Assembly: GCA_030601425.1 (NCBI GenBank)
Contig: JAUVTR010000001.1
Location: 1-52,980 of the forward strand
Direction: 5' to 3'
Source: Desulfobacterales bacterium
GTDB taxonomy: Bacteria > Desulfobacterota > Desulfobacteria > Desulfobacterales > JAHEIW01
Length of the DNA: 52,980 bases
Shown here: positions 36,463 through 45,748 of the stretch, in pieces
Layout of the letters: each line of letters starts with the position of its first letter
Position numbering within the stretch: the stretch's first letter is position 1
Made by a program: the position numbers and the translations under genes
The notes under the pieces: model-generated
Told to the model about the DNA's origin: nothing
What the model saw: the letters and a program-made list of their open reading frames with translations, nothing else
The model's database searches: none

Positions 36463-37293
36463 ATGAACCCTACAAAAGTAATGGTGAACGGAATTCCTGG
36501 CAACATGGCCGTAAATGTGGCCCAGCATATTTTGGCTGACAAACGGTTTGAACTTGTACTCTATTCACTGACAGGACCGGAAATTCAAGCGGCTGAACAC
36601 AAAGTCGAAGCGGCCTCCGTGCGCCTGCTTAAGCCGGATGAGCGGGAGCAGGTCATTGAAGAAATCGCACAAAAAGAAGGCGCTTTTCTCAGTGTAGACT
36701 TTAGCCACCCATCGGCAGTCAATGCCAATGCCGAGTTTTATTGTAATTACCATCTGGCGTTTGTCATGGGTACAACCGGGGGGGACCGTAATCAGCTCGA
36801 AGAAACCGTGCGGGTATCCTCCATCTCGGCCGTCATTGCACCGAATATGGCCAAACAGATTGTCGGATTTCAGGCCATGATGGAATATGGGGCCCAAAAT
36901 TTTCCTGATCTTTTCAAGGGCTATGCTTTGGAAATTAAAGAAAGCCATCAAAACGGAAAAGCAGACACCAGCGGTACGGCGAAAGCCATGGTTCGATATT
37001 TCAATCAGATGGGGTTAAGCTTTAACGAGGATCAAATTGTTAAAGAACGGGATCCTGAAATGCAATCATCCCAATGGGGCATCCCGCAGGAATACCTTGC
37101 CGGCCATGGCTGGCACACCTACGCCCTGATTTCCGGCGATAAAACCGTCCGCTTTGAATTTACCCACAATGTCAACGGCCGCGACGTTTATGCCAAAGGT
37201 ACGTTAGATGCTCTGGTATATTTAAGCGCCAGGATCAGCGAAGGGAATAAAGGAAAAGTTTACACGATGATTGATGTGTTGAAAAACCGCTAG
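36463..37293 (+). CDS. dapB: 4-hydroxy-tetrahydrodipicolinate reductase
   Basis: GTTG, APNMAKQ and E.HQ..K.DTSGTA motifs. I chose the ATG at 36463, 8 nt after GGGAGG, because the ORF-track TTG at 36448 overlaps that RBS. Confidence 0.85.
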   Translation: MNPTKVMVNGIPGNMAVNVAQHILADKRFELVLYSLTGPEIQAAEHKVEAASVRLLKPDEREQVIEEIAQKEGAFLSVDFSHPSAVNANAEFYCNYHLAFVMGTTGGDRNQLEETVRVSSISAVIAPNMAKQIVGFQAMMEYGAQNFPDLFKGYALEIKESHQNGKADTSGTAKAMVRYFNQMGLSFNEDQIVKERDPEMQSSQWGIPQEYLAGHGWHTYALISGDKTVRFEFTHNVNGRDVYAKGTLDALVYLSARISEGNKGKVYTMIDVLKNR

Positions 37294-37307
37294 AATGCGT
37301 TTGTTTA

Positions 37308-37439
37308 AAATAGTTTAAAAGCCCCATAGTTTGTTCGATGGCAAGGCGCAATTCGCCTCAAAAGCGGAGCGTACACGTAAGTACGTGAGCATTTTGATGT
37401 GAATTGTAACACAGCCAGCGGGCAAAATATGGGCCTTTT
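37308..37439. repeat. Structured convergent spacer L
   Basis: aaatagtttaaaa (37308-37320) is identical to 41287-41299 in element M. The outer stem aaaagccccata (37317-37328) / tatgggcctttt (37428-37439) pairs at 11 of 12 positions. Inner small hairpins are ggcgcaattcgcc and cgtacacgtaagtacg. Confidence 0.6.
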
Positions 37440-40065
37440 AGCTGTTTTCGATGACTTTGTAGGCCTTTTGTAAGGCCTGATCCAGCTTTTCAGGTTTTGT
37501 ACCGCCGGCCTGGGCCATATCCGGTCGTCCCCCGCCGCTGCCTCCCACTGTTGAGGCGATTTGTTTAATGACATTGCCGGCATGAAAACGGTCGGTCAGA
37601 TCTTTGGTCACCACCACGATTAGAAATGCTTTGGGACCGTTGGCACTGCCCAGCACAACGATACCCGATTTTAGCTTTTCTTTGAGCCTGTCAGCTAAAT
37701 CTCTGAGCGCGGCGGGATTATTCACCGACACCTTTTGAATCAGAACCTTTGTATTGTTGACTGATTTGATGGCGTCGCCGCCGACTTCGGCCGAATCGGA
37801 TGCGATTTTAGCCTTAAGGCGCTCAACCTCTTTTTCAAGCGTTTTCAAATCACTTAGTATCTTTGCGACTTTTGAAGTTACGGCATCCGGTTTGTCTTTG
37901 ACCAGATGCGCGGTATCCTCCAAAAGCCTGGATGTCTTCTGGACATACTGAAGTGCCCCTTCTCCGGTTAAAGCCTCGATTCGCCTGACGCCGGAGGCAA
38001 TGCTGGACTCGCTGACAATTTTAAAAAGTCCGATGTCGCCGGTTTTAGCGGTATGGGTACCCCCGCAAAACTCTTTGCTGAAATCGGATAAGGAAACCAC
38101 CCGAACATGATCGCCGTACTTCTCTTCAAAAAGCGCCGTGGCGCCTGATTTAAAAGCCGCCTCGGCCTCCATCTCTTCAGTATGAGTGGCAACGTTCTCA
38201 CGGATTCGCCGATTGACACGGGTTTCGATTTCAGCCAGGGTTTCGGGGTCGACCGGGGAAAAATGCGTAAAATCAAAGCGCAGTCGATCCGGTGCGACCA
38301 GCGAGCCGGCCTGTTTGACATGTTCGCCAAGCACCTCGCGCAATACAGCATGCAGAATGTGCGTGGCCGTATGATTCAAGGCAGTTGCCTCGCGTTTGGC
38401 CCCATCCACATGAAGCGTGACCTTTTTTCCTTTTTTTACCTTTCCGGAAATTATATGGCCTTTGTGGATGATCAGCCCGGTGGGGTCTTTGATCGTGTCC
38501 ACAACTTCCATTTCAAAGTTTTTATGGGTGATTTCCCCGGCATCGCCGACCTGGCCACCGGCTTCTGCATAAAACGGCGTTTCTTCAGTAACCAGCTCAA
38601 TGGTTTGGCCCGCATTGGCTTCAGAAATTTCAGAACCGTCCGCAACGATAAGTAAAACCTTTGATTCGGAGGTCAGCATCTGGTAACCGCGAAACTCCGG
38701 TTTGAATCCTTTAGCCGATAAATTTTTATAAGCCTCGCTGATGCTTGCAAAGGTGGTCACCGACCGGGATCTGGCACGCTGTTTCTCCATGGCGCTGTCA
38801 AATCCTTCCATATCGAGGCTCATGTTTTCATCCCGGACCACATCCCGGACGATATCCGCCGGAAAGCCATAAGTGTCATAGAGTTTGAAAATGATATCAC
38901 CGGGTACCTGGGTTGCACCCTTGGCCTTGATCTCAGAGAGCGTATCGTTTAGCAGCTTCAGACCCGTGTCCAGTGTTTCCAGGAATCGGACCTCTTCATT
39001 TTCAATGACGTTGGTGATAAAGGCAGACGCCTCGGCGAGTTCGGGATAGGCGGGCTGCATGATATCAAAGACCACCCTTGCGGTTTTGTGCAGAAACGGC
39101 CGATTCAAGCCGATATTGCGCCCGTAGCGAATTGCGCGGCGCATAATGCGGCGCAACACATATCCGCGGCCTTCATTGGAAGGCATAATACCGTCACCGA
39201 TCAAAAATGCGGCCGCCCGGCTGTGATCGGCAATGACTTTCATGGCCACATCGGTAGGTCCGGATTCACCGAATCGTTTCTCAGCCAGTTTTTCAGTCTC
39301 CTGGATGATCGGCTGGATAAGGTCAGTATCATAATTGGTCGGAACGTCCTGAATGAGCGAAACGATGCGTTCAAGCCCCATTCCGGTATCAATGCTGGGC
39401 TTGGGCAGCGGCGTCATTTTCCCTGAGGCATCCCGGTTAAATTGCATAAAGACCAGATTCCAGATTTCAAGATAGCGATCACACTCGCAACCCACAGTAC
39501 AATCCGGCTTACCACATCCATATTGTTCGCCGCGGTCGATAAGAATTTCAGAGCAGGGACCACAGGGCCCGGTATCTCCCATGGACCAGAAGTTATCTTC
39601 TTCTCCAAAGCGCATGACCCGCTCCTCCGGCAGACCGATGTTTTTGCGCCACAACTCATAGGCCTCGTCGTCGTCAAGATAAATGGAACCGTACAATTTA
39701 TCTTGCGGCAGCCCATAGCCGTTGGTTAACAAATCCCAGGCAAATTCGATGGCACCTTCTTTAAAATAATCTCCAAAAGAAAAGTTGCCCAGCATTTCAA
39801 AAAAGGTATGATGTCGAGCGGTATAGCCAACATTTTCCAGGTCATTGTGCTTGCCCCCGGCGCGCACGCATTTCTGAGACGTTGTTGCGCGCACATAATC
39901 TCTTTTGTCTTCACCTAAAAAGACGCGTTTAAACTGCACCATGCCCGCATTGATAAACAGCAAGGTGGGATCATCCTGGGGGACCAGCGAAGAACTGCGA
40001 ACAATCCGGTGATGGTGTTTTTCAAAATAGTTTAAAAATTGCGTACGAGTCTCATTGCCTGTCAT
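37438..40065 (-). CDS. alaS: Alanine--tRNA ligase
   Basis: About 875 aa. Class II motifs, the HxxxH/CxxxH editing site, and a C-terminal DHHA1 with GGGG. The ATG at 40065 follows GGAG; the track start at 40077 is a TTG. Confidence 0.96.
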   Translation of the reverse strand: MTGNETRTQFLNYFEKHHHRIVRSSSLVPQDDPTLLFINAGMVQFKRVFLGEDKRDYVRATTSQKCVRAGGKHNDLENVGYTARHHTFFEMLGNFSFGDYFKEGAIEFAWDLLTNGYGLPQDKLYGSIYLDDDEAYELWRKNIGLPEERVMRFGEEDNFWSMGDTGPCGPCSEILIDRGEQYGCGKPDCTVGCECDRYLEIWNLVFMQFNRDASGKMTPLPKPSIDTGMGLERIVSLIQDVPTNYDTDLIQPIIQETEKLAEKRFGESGPTDVAMKVIADHSRAAAFLIGDGIMPSNEGRGYVLRRIMRRAIRYGRNIGLNRPFLHKTARVVFDIMQPAYPELAEASAFITNVIENEEVRFLETLDTGLKLLNDTLSEIKAKGATQVPGDIIFKLYDTYGFPADIVRDVVRDENMSLDMEGFDSAMEKQRARSRSVTTFASISEAYKNLSAKGFKPEFRGYQMLTSESKVLLIVADGSEISEANAGQTIELVTEETPFYAEAGGQVGDAGEITHKNFEMEVVDTIKDPTGLIIHKGHIISGKVKKGKKVTLHVDGAKREATALNHTATHILHAVLREVLGEHVKQAGSLVAPDRLRFDFTHFSPVDPETLAEIETRVNRRIRENVATHTEEMEAEAAFKSGATALFEEKYGDHVRVVSLSDFSKEFCGGTHTAKTGDIGLFKIVSESSIASGVRRIEALTGEGALQYVQKTSRLLEDTAHLVKDKPDAVTSKVAKILSDLKTLEKEVERLKAKIASDSAEVGGDAIKSVNNTKVLIQKVSVNNPAALRDLADRLKEKLKSGIVVLGSANGPKAFLIVVVTKDLTDRFHAGNVIKQIASTVGGSGGGRPDMAQAGGTKPEKLDQALQKAYKVIENS

Positions 40066-40113
40066 TGATATCTCCAAAGATTATCGATGCCTTCAGGGAG
40101 ATTGTGTATCCGA

Positions 40114-41154
40114 TTAGACCTTTTCCGCTTTCACGTCTTTCGCTTGCTCTTTGGCCTGATCCAAAAGCCCCAATGCCTCTCTGGCTTTAAGATACATCGA
40201 TTCATAAAGGTCCGGGTTGTCTTTTAAAAATTTTTTGACGTTTTCCCGCCCCTGGCCGATGCGTTCGCCGTCATAGCTGTACCAGGACCCGCTTTTTTCA
40301 ACAATGCCGGCTTCAACCCCCACATCAATTAAATCTCCGAATTTTGAGATGCCTTCTCCGTACATGATATCAAATTCGGCTTCGGTAAATGGGGGTGCCA
40401 TCTTGTTTTTGACAACCCGAACCCGCGTGCGGTTTCCGACGACTTCCTGCCCGTCCTTGATTTGTCCAATTCTCCGGATGTCGATCCTGACCGAGGAATA
40501 AAATTTTAAGGCATTACCGCCGGTGGTTGTTTCCGGGTTTCCGAACATCACCCCAATTTTCATCCGAATCTGGTTGATAAAAATAATTGAAGTCAGGGTT
40601 TTGCTGATCGTGCCGGTTAACTTGCGCATGGCTTGAGACATCAGCCGCGCTTGAAGACCCATATGGGAATCACCCATCTCGCCCTCAATTTCTGCGCGCG
40701 GCACCAGTGCGGCCACTGAGTCAATCACCAGGATGTCCATGGCACCGCTTCTCAACAGCATATCCACAATTTCAAGCGCCTGCTCACCGGTGTCGGGCTG
40801 AGCAACGAGCAGGTCATCGCAATTGACTCCCAGCTTTTTAGCATAGGCCGTGTCAAGGGCGTGTTCCGCATCGATAAAGGCCGCGATGCCGTCTTGCTTC
40901 TGGGCTTCGGCAACCGCATGCAGGGCAAGCGTGGTTTTACCGGATGCCTCGGGGCCATAAATTTCAATAACTCTTCCCCGGGGCAAGCCTCCGATTCCCA
41001 GCGCTTTATCAAGGGCAAGCGAACTGGTCGAGATAACCGGTACATCAATAACCGGACGGCTTCCCAATTTCATAATGGCACCTTTGCCGAACTGACGCTC
41101 GACCTGTGACACAGCGGTTTCTAGTGCTTTTTCTTTATCCGGTGAAATAGCCAT
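40114..41154 (-). CDS. recA: Recombinase A
   Basis: 346 aa. [10 protein letters not shown] Walker A, L1/L2 loops and high similarity to RecA throughout. Confidence 0.97.
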   Translation of the reverse strand: MAISPDKEKALETAVSQVERQFGKGAIMKLGSRPVIDVPVISTSSLALDKALGIGGLPRGRVIEIYGPEASGKTTLALHAVAEAQKQDGIAAFIDAEHALDTAYAKKLGVNCDDLLVAQPDTGEQALEIVDMLLRSGAMDILVIDSVAALVPRAEIEGEMGDSHMGLQARLMSQAMRKLTGTISKTLTSIIFINQIRMKIGVMFGNPETTTGGNALKFYSSVRIDIRRIGQIKDGQEVVGNRTRVRVVKNKMAPPFTEAEFDIMYGEGISKFGDLIDVGVEAGIVEKSGSWYSYDGERIGQGRENVKKFLKDNPDLYESMYLKAREALGLLDQAKEQAKDVKAEKV

Positions 41155-41256
41155 AATCCCTCCTCTTTGCTTAATACGCGTTGCTCGATGCGGGTTACTC
41201 GATTACTTTATTGATTGTCGTTCCTGAGGATTATCGAGCCCCGGAACCCATAGGTA

Positions 41257-41350
41257 TAGTTAAATGGTCAATTAGTTGATTCGTTAAATAGTTTAAAATG
41301 GATTGAATCCTTTGACTAATTGACAATTCGACGAATTAACTAATTGACTA
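41257..41350. repeat. Hairpin element M (GTCAATTAG/TTAACGA dialect)
   Basis: Centred on ggattgaatcc (41301-41311). 41275-41324 is the reverse complement of 51346-51396, about 90% identical over roughly 50 nt. Confidence 0.88.
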
Positions 41351-41416
41351 AAACTGCGAGCCGCTGAACCCAGGACCCTGATCCCACAGGATAAATACAA
41401 CGACAATAATTGATTG

Positions 41417-41992
41417 TTAGAGTGTTGCCAAGGTAACCCGCTGCACCTTGCTATAAACCGCACCGGTCGGCTGCAACTCGCTTTTAAACAAAATAATCTC
41501 GTTGATTTCAAACGATTCCGATTCAAACCCTTTTAATTTTTCAATCGCCGTTTTCATCCGGGCAGAGGCGATTTTCCCTTTAACACGCCCCAATGTCAAA
41601 TGGCCTTTAAACGCGCGGGTTTCTTTGGGAAAGCCCAAATCCGCCAAATGGCCGTCAAGAGTCTGCTGCAAGTTTTCCAGTATTTTGAGCTGTCCGTTAA
41701 GGCCGACCCATATTACCCGCGGCCGTCTGATGTCCGGGAAAACCCCAATTTCTTTAGCAGACAGAGACACGCCTGTAGAATCTTTTGCCGCTAAGGTCAT
41801 CGCCGCAACGATCTTATCGATATTGCCTGGATCAATATTACCTAAAAATTTAAGGGTCAGATGAATATTTTGCGGTCGAACCCATTTTACCCGAAACCTA
41901 AAGGACTTGAGTATCTCCTGAGTCTCCCCCAGAAAGGATCGGATGCTTGCAGGCAGATCGATGGCGATAAAGGCGCGAAAGGTTTCAGACAT
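41417..41992 (-). CDS. thpR: RNA 2',3'-cyclic phosphodiesterase (2H family)
   Basis: 191 aa with two HxT/Sx motifs (HLTLKFLG and HLTLGR). Confidence 0.85.
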   Translation of the reverse strand: MSETFRAFIAIDLPASIRSFLGETQEILKSFRFRVKWVRPQNIHLTLKFLGNIDPGNIDKIVAAMTLAAKDSTGVSLSAKEIGVFPDIRRPRVIWVGLNGQLKILENLQQTLDGHLADLGFPKETRAFKGHLTLGRVKGKIASARMKTAIEKLKGFESESFEINEIILFKSELQPTGAVYSKVQRVTLATL

Positions 41993-42019
41993 AGTAAATT
42001 GGGGACTCGATCCACTGAA

Positions 42020-43423
42020 TTATTTATGAGCCGGGGCAGCCGGCAGCACTTCGATCTTGGATAAGATATTGTTTTTTATCCAGGCCGCATCCCACCATTC
42101 GATCGGATTGACAAAAGTGTTGTGAATAAGGATGCCAAAATGAAGATGGTCACCGCCCGCAAGACCGGTGCTGCCGGTACGGCCTATTGTCTCTCCCTTG
42201 GACACCCGCTGCCCTTGGCTGACATCGCTACGATTTAAGTGAGCGTACATGCTGAACAGGCCGAATCCGTGATCAATGAGAACGGTTTTCCCATAAATAC
42301 CTAAAGGCTCACTGAAAATGACGACTCCGCTGTTGGCAGCCGGTACCGGCGCGTGCGTCACCGATGCCAGATCCAGGCCGAGGTGAACCTGGCGGTCAAT
42401 TACCTTACCTTTATAATAATACACACGATGGTCGGCAAATCCCGCCTGATTCGCCGACCCGGGCATTCGTAAAAACACGCCTTTCCACAGTTTGACTGTC
42501 GCTGTCTTTTTGGCCAGCTCAGTTATTTGCTGATAATTGGCTTTCCGTAATTCCCGGTTGATCTTTATAAATTTATCCACCAAAGAACCGGTCGATTCCG
42601 ACGTGATAGTGTTCTCAAATTCGGGCATTTTCCAGTTTAAAAACCGATCCGAAATCCGGATGTCATCATTTCTAAAAACTTTTTTACGAATGTGATGCCT
42701 GACCCCTGCTTTGGCAGTATTTCCGGCTTCATCAACTGCTTTTATCGAAATCCGGGTTCCGGGACCCTGTTGATAACCGAGCCCGATAAATGCCATCCGA
42801 ATCTGAGGGTTTTTATAATAGCCGGCATAACCGGGGAAAAAATTGTCACCGACCTGAATCCCGCTAAGTCGACAATCTTCTGAAGTGCTGTAGATGACAA
42901 GCCCGGCGCCGCCCTGAGTCAAATTGTGTGCCCGGCTAATCACTTCAATTTCCGGCGGGTGCGTATCAATAATCAGGCTCTTTTCAACATAGGTTTGATT
43001 ACCCTTCCACCACCCGCGCCATGAATAATCCCAGACCGCCAGGCGTAATATGGCTTTTCCGTCGGAGAATTCATGTTTTTCAGGCTCAAATGTGATGTTC
43101 AGGGTTTTGGTTTTAATTTTTCCACCGCTGAATAACCCGGCTGAAGGAAGTTCATCATCGGAGAGCACCACTTCTTTTCCATTTTTGATCATCGCGACCC
43201 AAATTTTTCGCAGCCCGCTCTTTTTATCCTCGAGCGAGATTGAAAACTCATGGAACTTTCCGATAAAGGGCGATGTGAGTTCAAGAACAATTTCGGGTTT
43301 TTGGCCTTCGAACCGAATCAATAAGAGCCAAAGAACAGGCAACAATAAGATGGCACCGATAATTCCCACACGCCATCGTTTTCTATTTTTATTTTTTTCT
43401 TTCAACGGGTTACGCTCCACCAA
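42020..43423 (-). CDS. M23 family metallopeptidase with an N-terminal membrane anchor
   Basis: 467 aa. C-terminal HLGLD..., GRTGSTGLAGGDHLHF and LytM-type HxH motifs, with one TM helix near the N-terminus. Confidence 0.85.
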   Translation of the reverse strand: MVERNPLKEKNKNRKRWRVGIIGAILLLPVLWLLLIRFEGQKPEIVLELTSPFIGKFHEFSISLEDKKSGLRKIWVAMIKNGKEVVLSDDELPSAGLFSGGKIKTKTLNITFEPEKHEFSDGKAILRLAVWDYSWRGWWKGNQTYVEKSLIIDTHPPEIEVISRAHNLTQGGAGLVIYSTSEDCRLSGIQVGDNFFPGYAGYYKNPQIRMAFIGLGYQQGPGTRISIKAVDEAGNTAKAGVRHHIRKKVFRNDDIRISDRFLNWKMPEFENTITSESTGSLVDKFIKINRELRKANYQQITELAKKTATVKLWKGVFLRMPGSANQAGFADHRVYYYKGKVIDRQVHLGLDLASVTHAPVPAANSGVVIFSEPLGIYGKTVLIDHGFGLFSMYAHLNRSDVSQGQRVSKGETIGRTGSTGLAGGDHLHFGILIHNTFVNPIEWWDAAWIKNNILSKIEVLPAAPAHK

Positions 43424-43571
43424 GAGGAAGTAGTCAAATTCGTTTTAATAACAGCTCGGCCTGGGAGAATCAAGGTCTCTTTTCGTTTCTTGACTTTTAA
43501 CGGTGTGCAGGATAAATATTCTTTTCCGAAATTTCAGACCTCTGGCATTCCCAACCGACAGCGAAATTTGC

Positions 43572-43664
43572 ATTTATAATCCACAGATTACGCAGAAATA
43601 AATATTCAATAATTTCTTTATAATTTTTTAAATCTGTGTAAATCTGCGAAATCTGCGGATAAAT
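43572..43664. repeat. Hairpin element O (CGCAGAT dialect)
   Basis: atttataatccacagattacgcagaaat (43572-43599) versus aatctgtgtaaatctgcgaaatctgcggataaat (43631-43664), with an AT-rich 31-nt loop. Confidence 0.8.
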
Positions 43665-43734
43665 AATCTGATTGATGAGCTGGCGGCGCAGCGCGGAATT
43701 GTGTCGGGTCGTTTGTCTATAAAGCAGCATATTC

Positions 43735-44316
43735 ATGGCCACTGAATATAAAAAACCCAAAAAGATAAAAATATTTCTGCTGGCGACGATATTAATTACA
43801 CTCGGCGGCGTTATCGGGGTTTACATTGGTTTTCGGCAGGATTCAAAAATTTCAGAATCAGTTCCGGAATCTGTCGAGCCCGATGCAACCTTGTCGGTCG
43901 GCAAGATCCAACAAACGGCTACCCGTAAAGGAAAGAAGGAATGGAGCCTTGAGGCCAACTCGGCCTATTATATCCAAAAGATGAATCAAATGGTTCTTAA
44001 AGACCTGACGGTCACATTTTTTCTCAAAGATAATAGTGAGGTTACCCTGGTAGCCGATCAAGGCATATTGAAAACCGATTCAAACGATATTGAAGTATCC
44101 GGCAATGTCATGGTAAATAACAACGAATACCGATTGTTAACCGAAAAACTGAGTTACGCTCATAATCGGCGCGTACTGTATTCGAGTGTTCCGGTAACTA
44201 TCTCCGGAACTTCAACGCAGGTAGTAGCTGATTCGATATCATTTGATCTCAATTCAAAAAAACTTACGCTGGAAGGAAGCGTTGAAGCCACTATTGCTAA
44301 AAATTTTAAACTTTAG
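43735..44316 (+). CDS. lptC: LPS export protein LptC
   Basis: 193 aa. N-terminal anchor plus an OstA-like beta-jellyroll. Position immediately upstream of lptA-lptB-rpoN. Confidence 0.75.
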   Translation: MATEYKKPKKIKIFLLATILITLGGVIGVYIGFRQDSKISESVPESVEPDATLSVGKIQQTATRKGKKEWSLEANSAYYIQKMNQMVLKDLTVTFFLKDNSEVTLVADQGILKTDSNDIEVSGNVMVNNNEYRLLTEKLSYAHNRRVLYSSVPVTISGTSTQVVADSISFDLNSKKLTLEGSVEATIAKNFKL

Positions 44317-44329
44317 ATTCGGTCACCGC

Positions 44330-44875
44330 ATGGCATTGATCGGTGGGCTGGGCACACTCATCATGGCAACGGTATTTATATGGGCACATGCAACCGTTAC
44401 GGCCTCCGAAACAATTGCTACAAATGTCAAAAAAAATAAAAATAATCAAATTCGAATTATGGCCGATAAGCTCTTTGCTGAAGTTGATGCCGGCGTAATT
44501 GAATTTGTCGGAAACGTCAAAGCCACCCATGCTGAAACCGTAATCACCGCAGATCACCTTATAATTTTTTATGATCCGGATGCAATTAAAAGCCAAACTA
44601 ACACGCTCAAAAACGAATCCATCGAAAAAATCATCGCCACCGGGCACGTAAAAATAATATATGAGGATATCATCGCTGAAACGGACAAGGCTGAATATAT
44701 AATGAAATCGGAGGTTCTTATCCTTACCGGTAAGCAGTCCAAAGTCACCCAGGGAGGCCATTCGATCACCGGAGCGAAATTTACATTGCAGGGCTTAGAT
44801 GGCAAGCTAACCGCGGAAAGCAGCGAGGAAAATCGTGTCAAGGCTGTGATTCAACCACCGGAAAAAGATAAGTGA
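44330..44875 (+). CDS. lptA: LPS transport periplasmic protein LptA
   Basis: OstA_N-like repeats after a signal peptide. I chose the ATG at 44330 (MALIGGLGTLIMA), because the longer track ORF overlaps lptC. Confidence 0.8.
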   Translation: MALIGGLGTLIMATVFIWAHATVTASETIATNVKKNKNNQIRIMADKLFAEVDAGVIEFVGNVKATHAETVITADHLIIFYDPDAIKSQTNTLKNESIEKIIATGHVKIIYEDIIAETDKAEYIMKSEVLILTGKQSKVTQGGHSITGAKFTLQGLDGKLTAESSEENRVKAVIQPPEKDK

Positions 44876-45024
44876 ATTCCGGCATGGACGATATCCGGAC
44901 CATCTGAAGGGTTGCATTTTTCGAGCATCTCATCTAAAATAAGATAGTTGAGTCGATGCGTCGTCAGTGAGTATCGAAGCATCAAATCAGCTCAAGCGCG
45001 AACGCATCGATTAAACCGGAGCAA

Positions 45025-45747
45025 ATGACAACACTTTATCTTAAAAATCTAATTAAGAAATATGGGGCAAGGCAGGTTGTAAATTCGGTTAGCTTAAATG
45101 TTGAAAGTGGCGATGTCGTCGGCCTTTTGGGACCCAACGGTGCCGGCAAAACGACAACCTTCTATATAACCGTGGGAATGGTAAAGCCCGATGGGGGAAA
45201 TGTACTTCTTGACGATGAAGATATCACTGATTATCCTATGCACATCAGATCTCGCAAAGGTCTCGGATATCTTCCCCAGGACACATCGATATTCCGAAAG
45301 CTGTCTGTGAAACAAAACATCATGGCAATTCTTGAAATTCTACCGATTTCGAATTCAGAGCGAGCTGAGCGGGCTGATATGCTTCTTGAAGAGTTAGGCA
45401 TCAAACATCTCTCCAAACAAAAAGCCAGCTTGCTCTCCGGTGGAGAAAAAAGGCGGCTTGAAATTACGCGATCACTTGCCACAAATCCTTCATTTATTCT
45501 TTTAGACGAACCGTTTGCCGGCGTCGATCCTTTAGCGATAAACGATATCAAAAAAATAATCGGTCACCTTAAACGACGCGGTATCGGTATCCTTATTTCC
45601 GACCATAATGTCAGGGACACATTGGGTGTCTGTGACAAGGCGTATATATTATGTGAAGGGGAGGTAATCGAATCCGGCTCTCCGCAAAAAATTGCGAACA
45701 GTGAAGCGGCCTGCCGGGTATATTTGGGAGACGAGTTCAGATTATAA
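45025..45747 (+). CDS. lptB: LPS export ABC transporter ATP-binding protein LptB
   Basis: 240 aa. GPNGAGKTT, LSGGEKRRLEI and ILLDEPFAGVDP. Confidence 0.93.
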   Translation: MTTLYLKNLIKKYGARQVVNSVSLNVESGDVVGLLGPNGAGKTTTFYITVGMVKPDGGNVLLDDEDITDYPMHIRSRKGLGYLPQDTSIFRKLSVKQNIMAILEILPISNSERAERADMLLEELGIKHLSKQKASLLSGGEKRRLEITRSLATNPSFILLDEPFAGVDPLAINDIKKIIGHLKRRGIGILISDHNVRDTLGVCDKAYILCEGEVIESGSPQKIANSEAACRVYLGDEFRL

Positions 45748-45748
45748 G

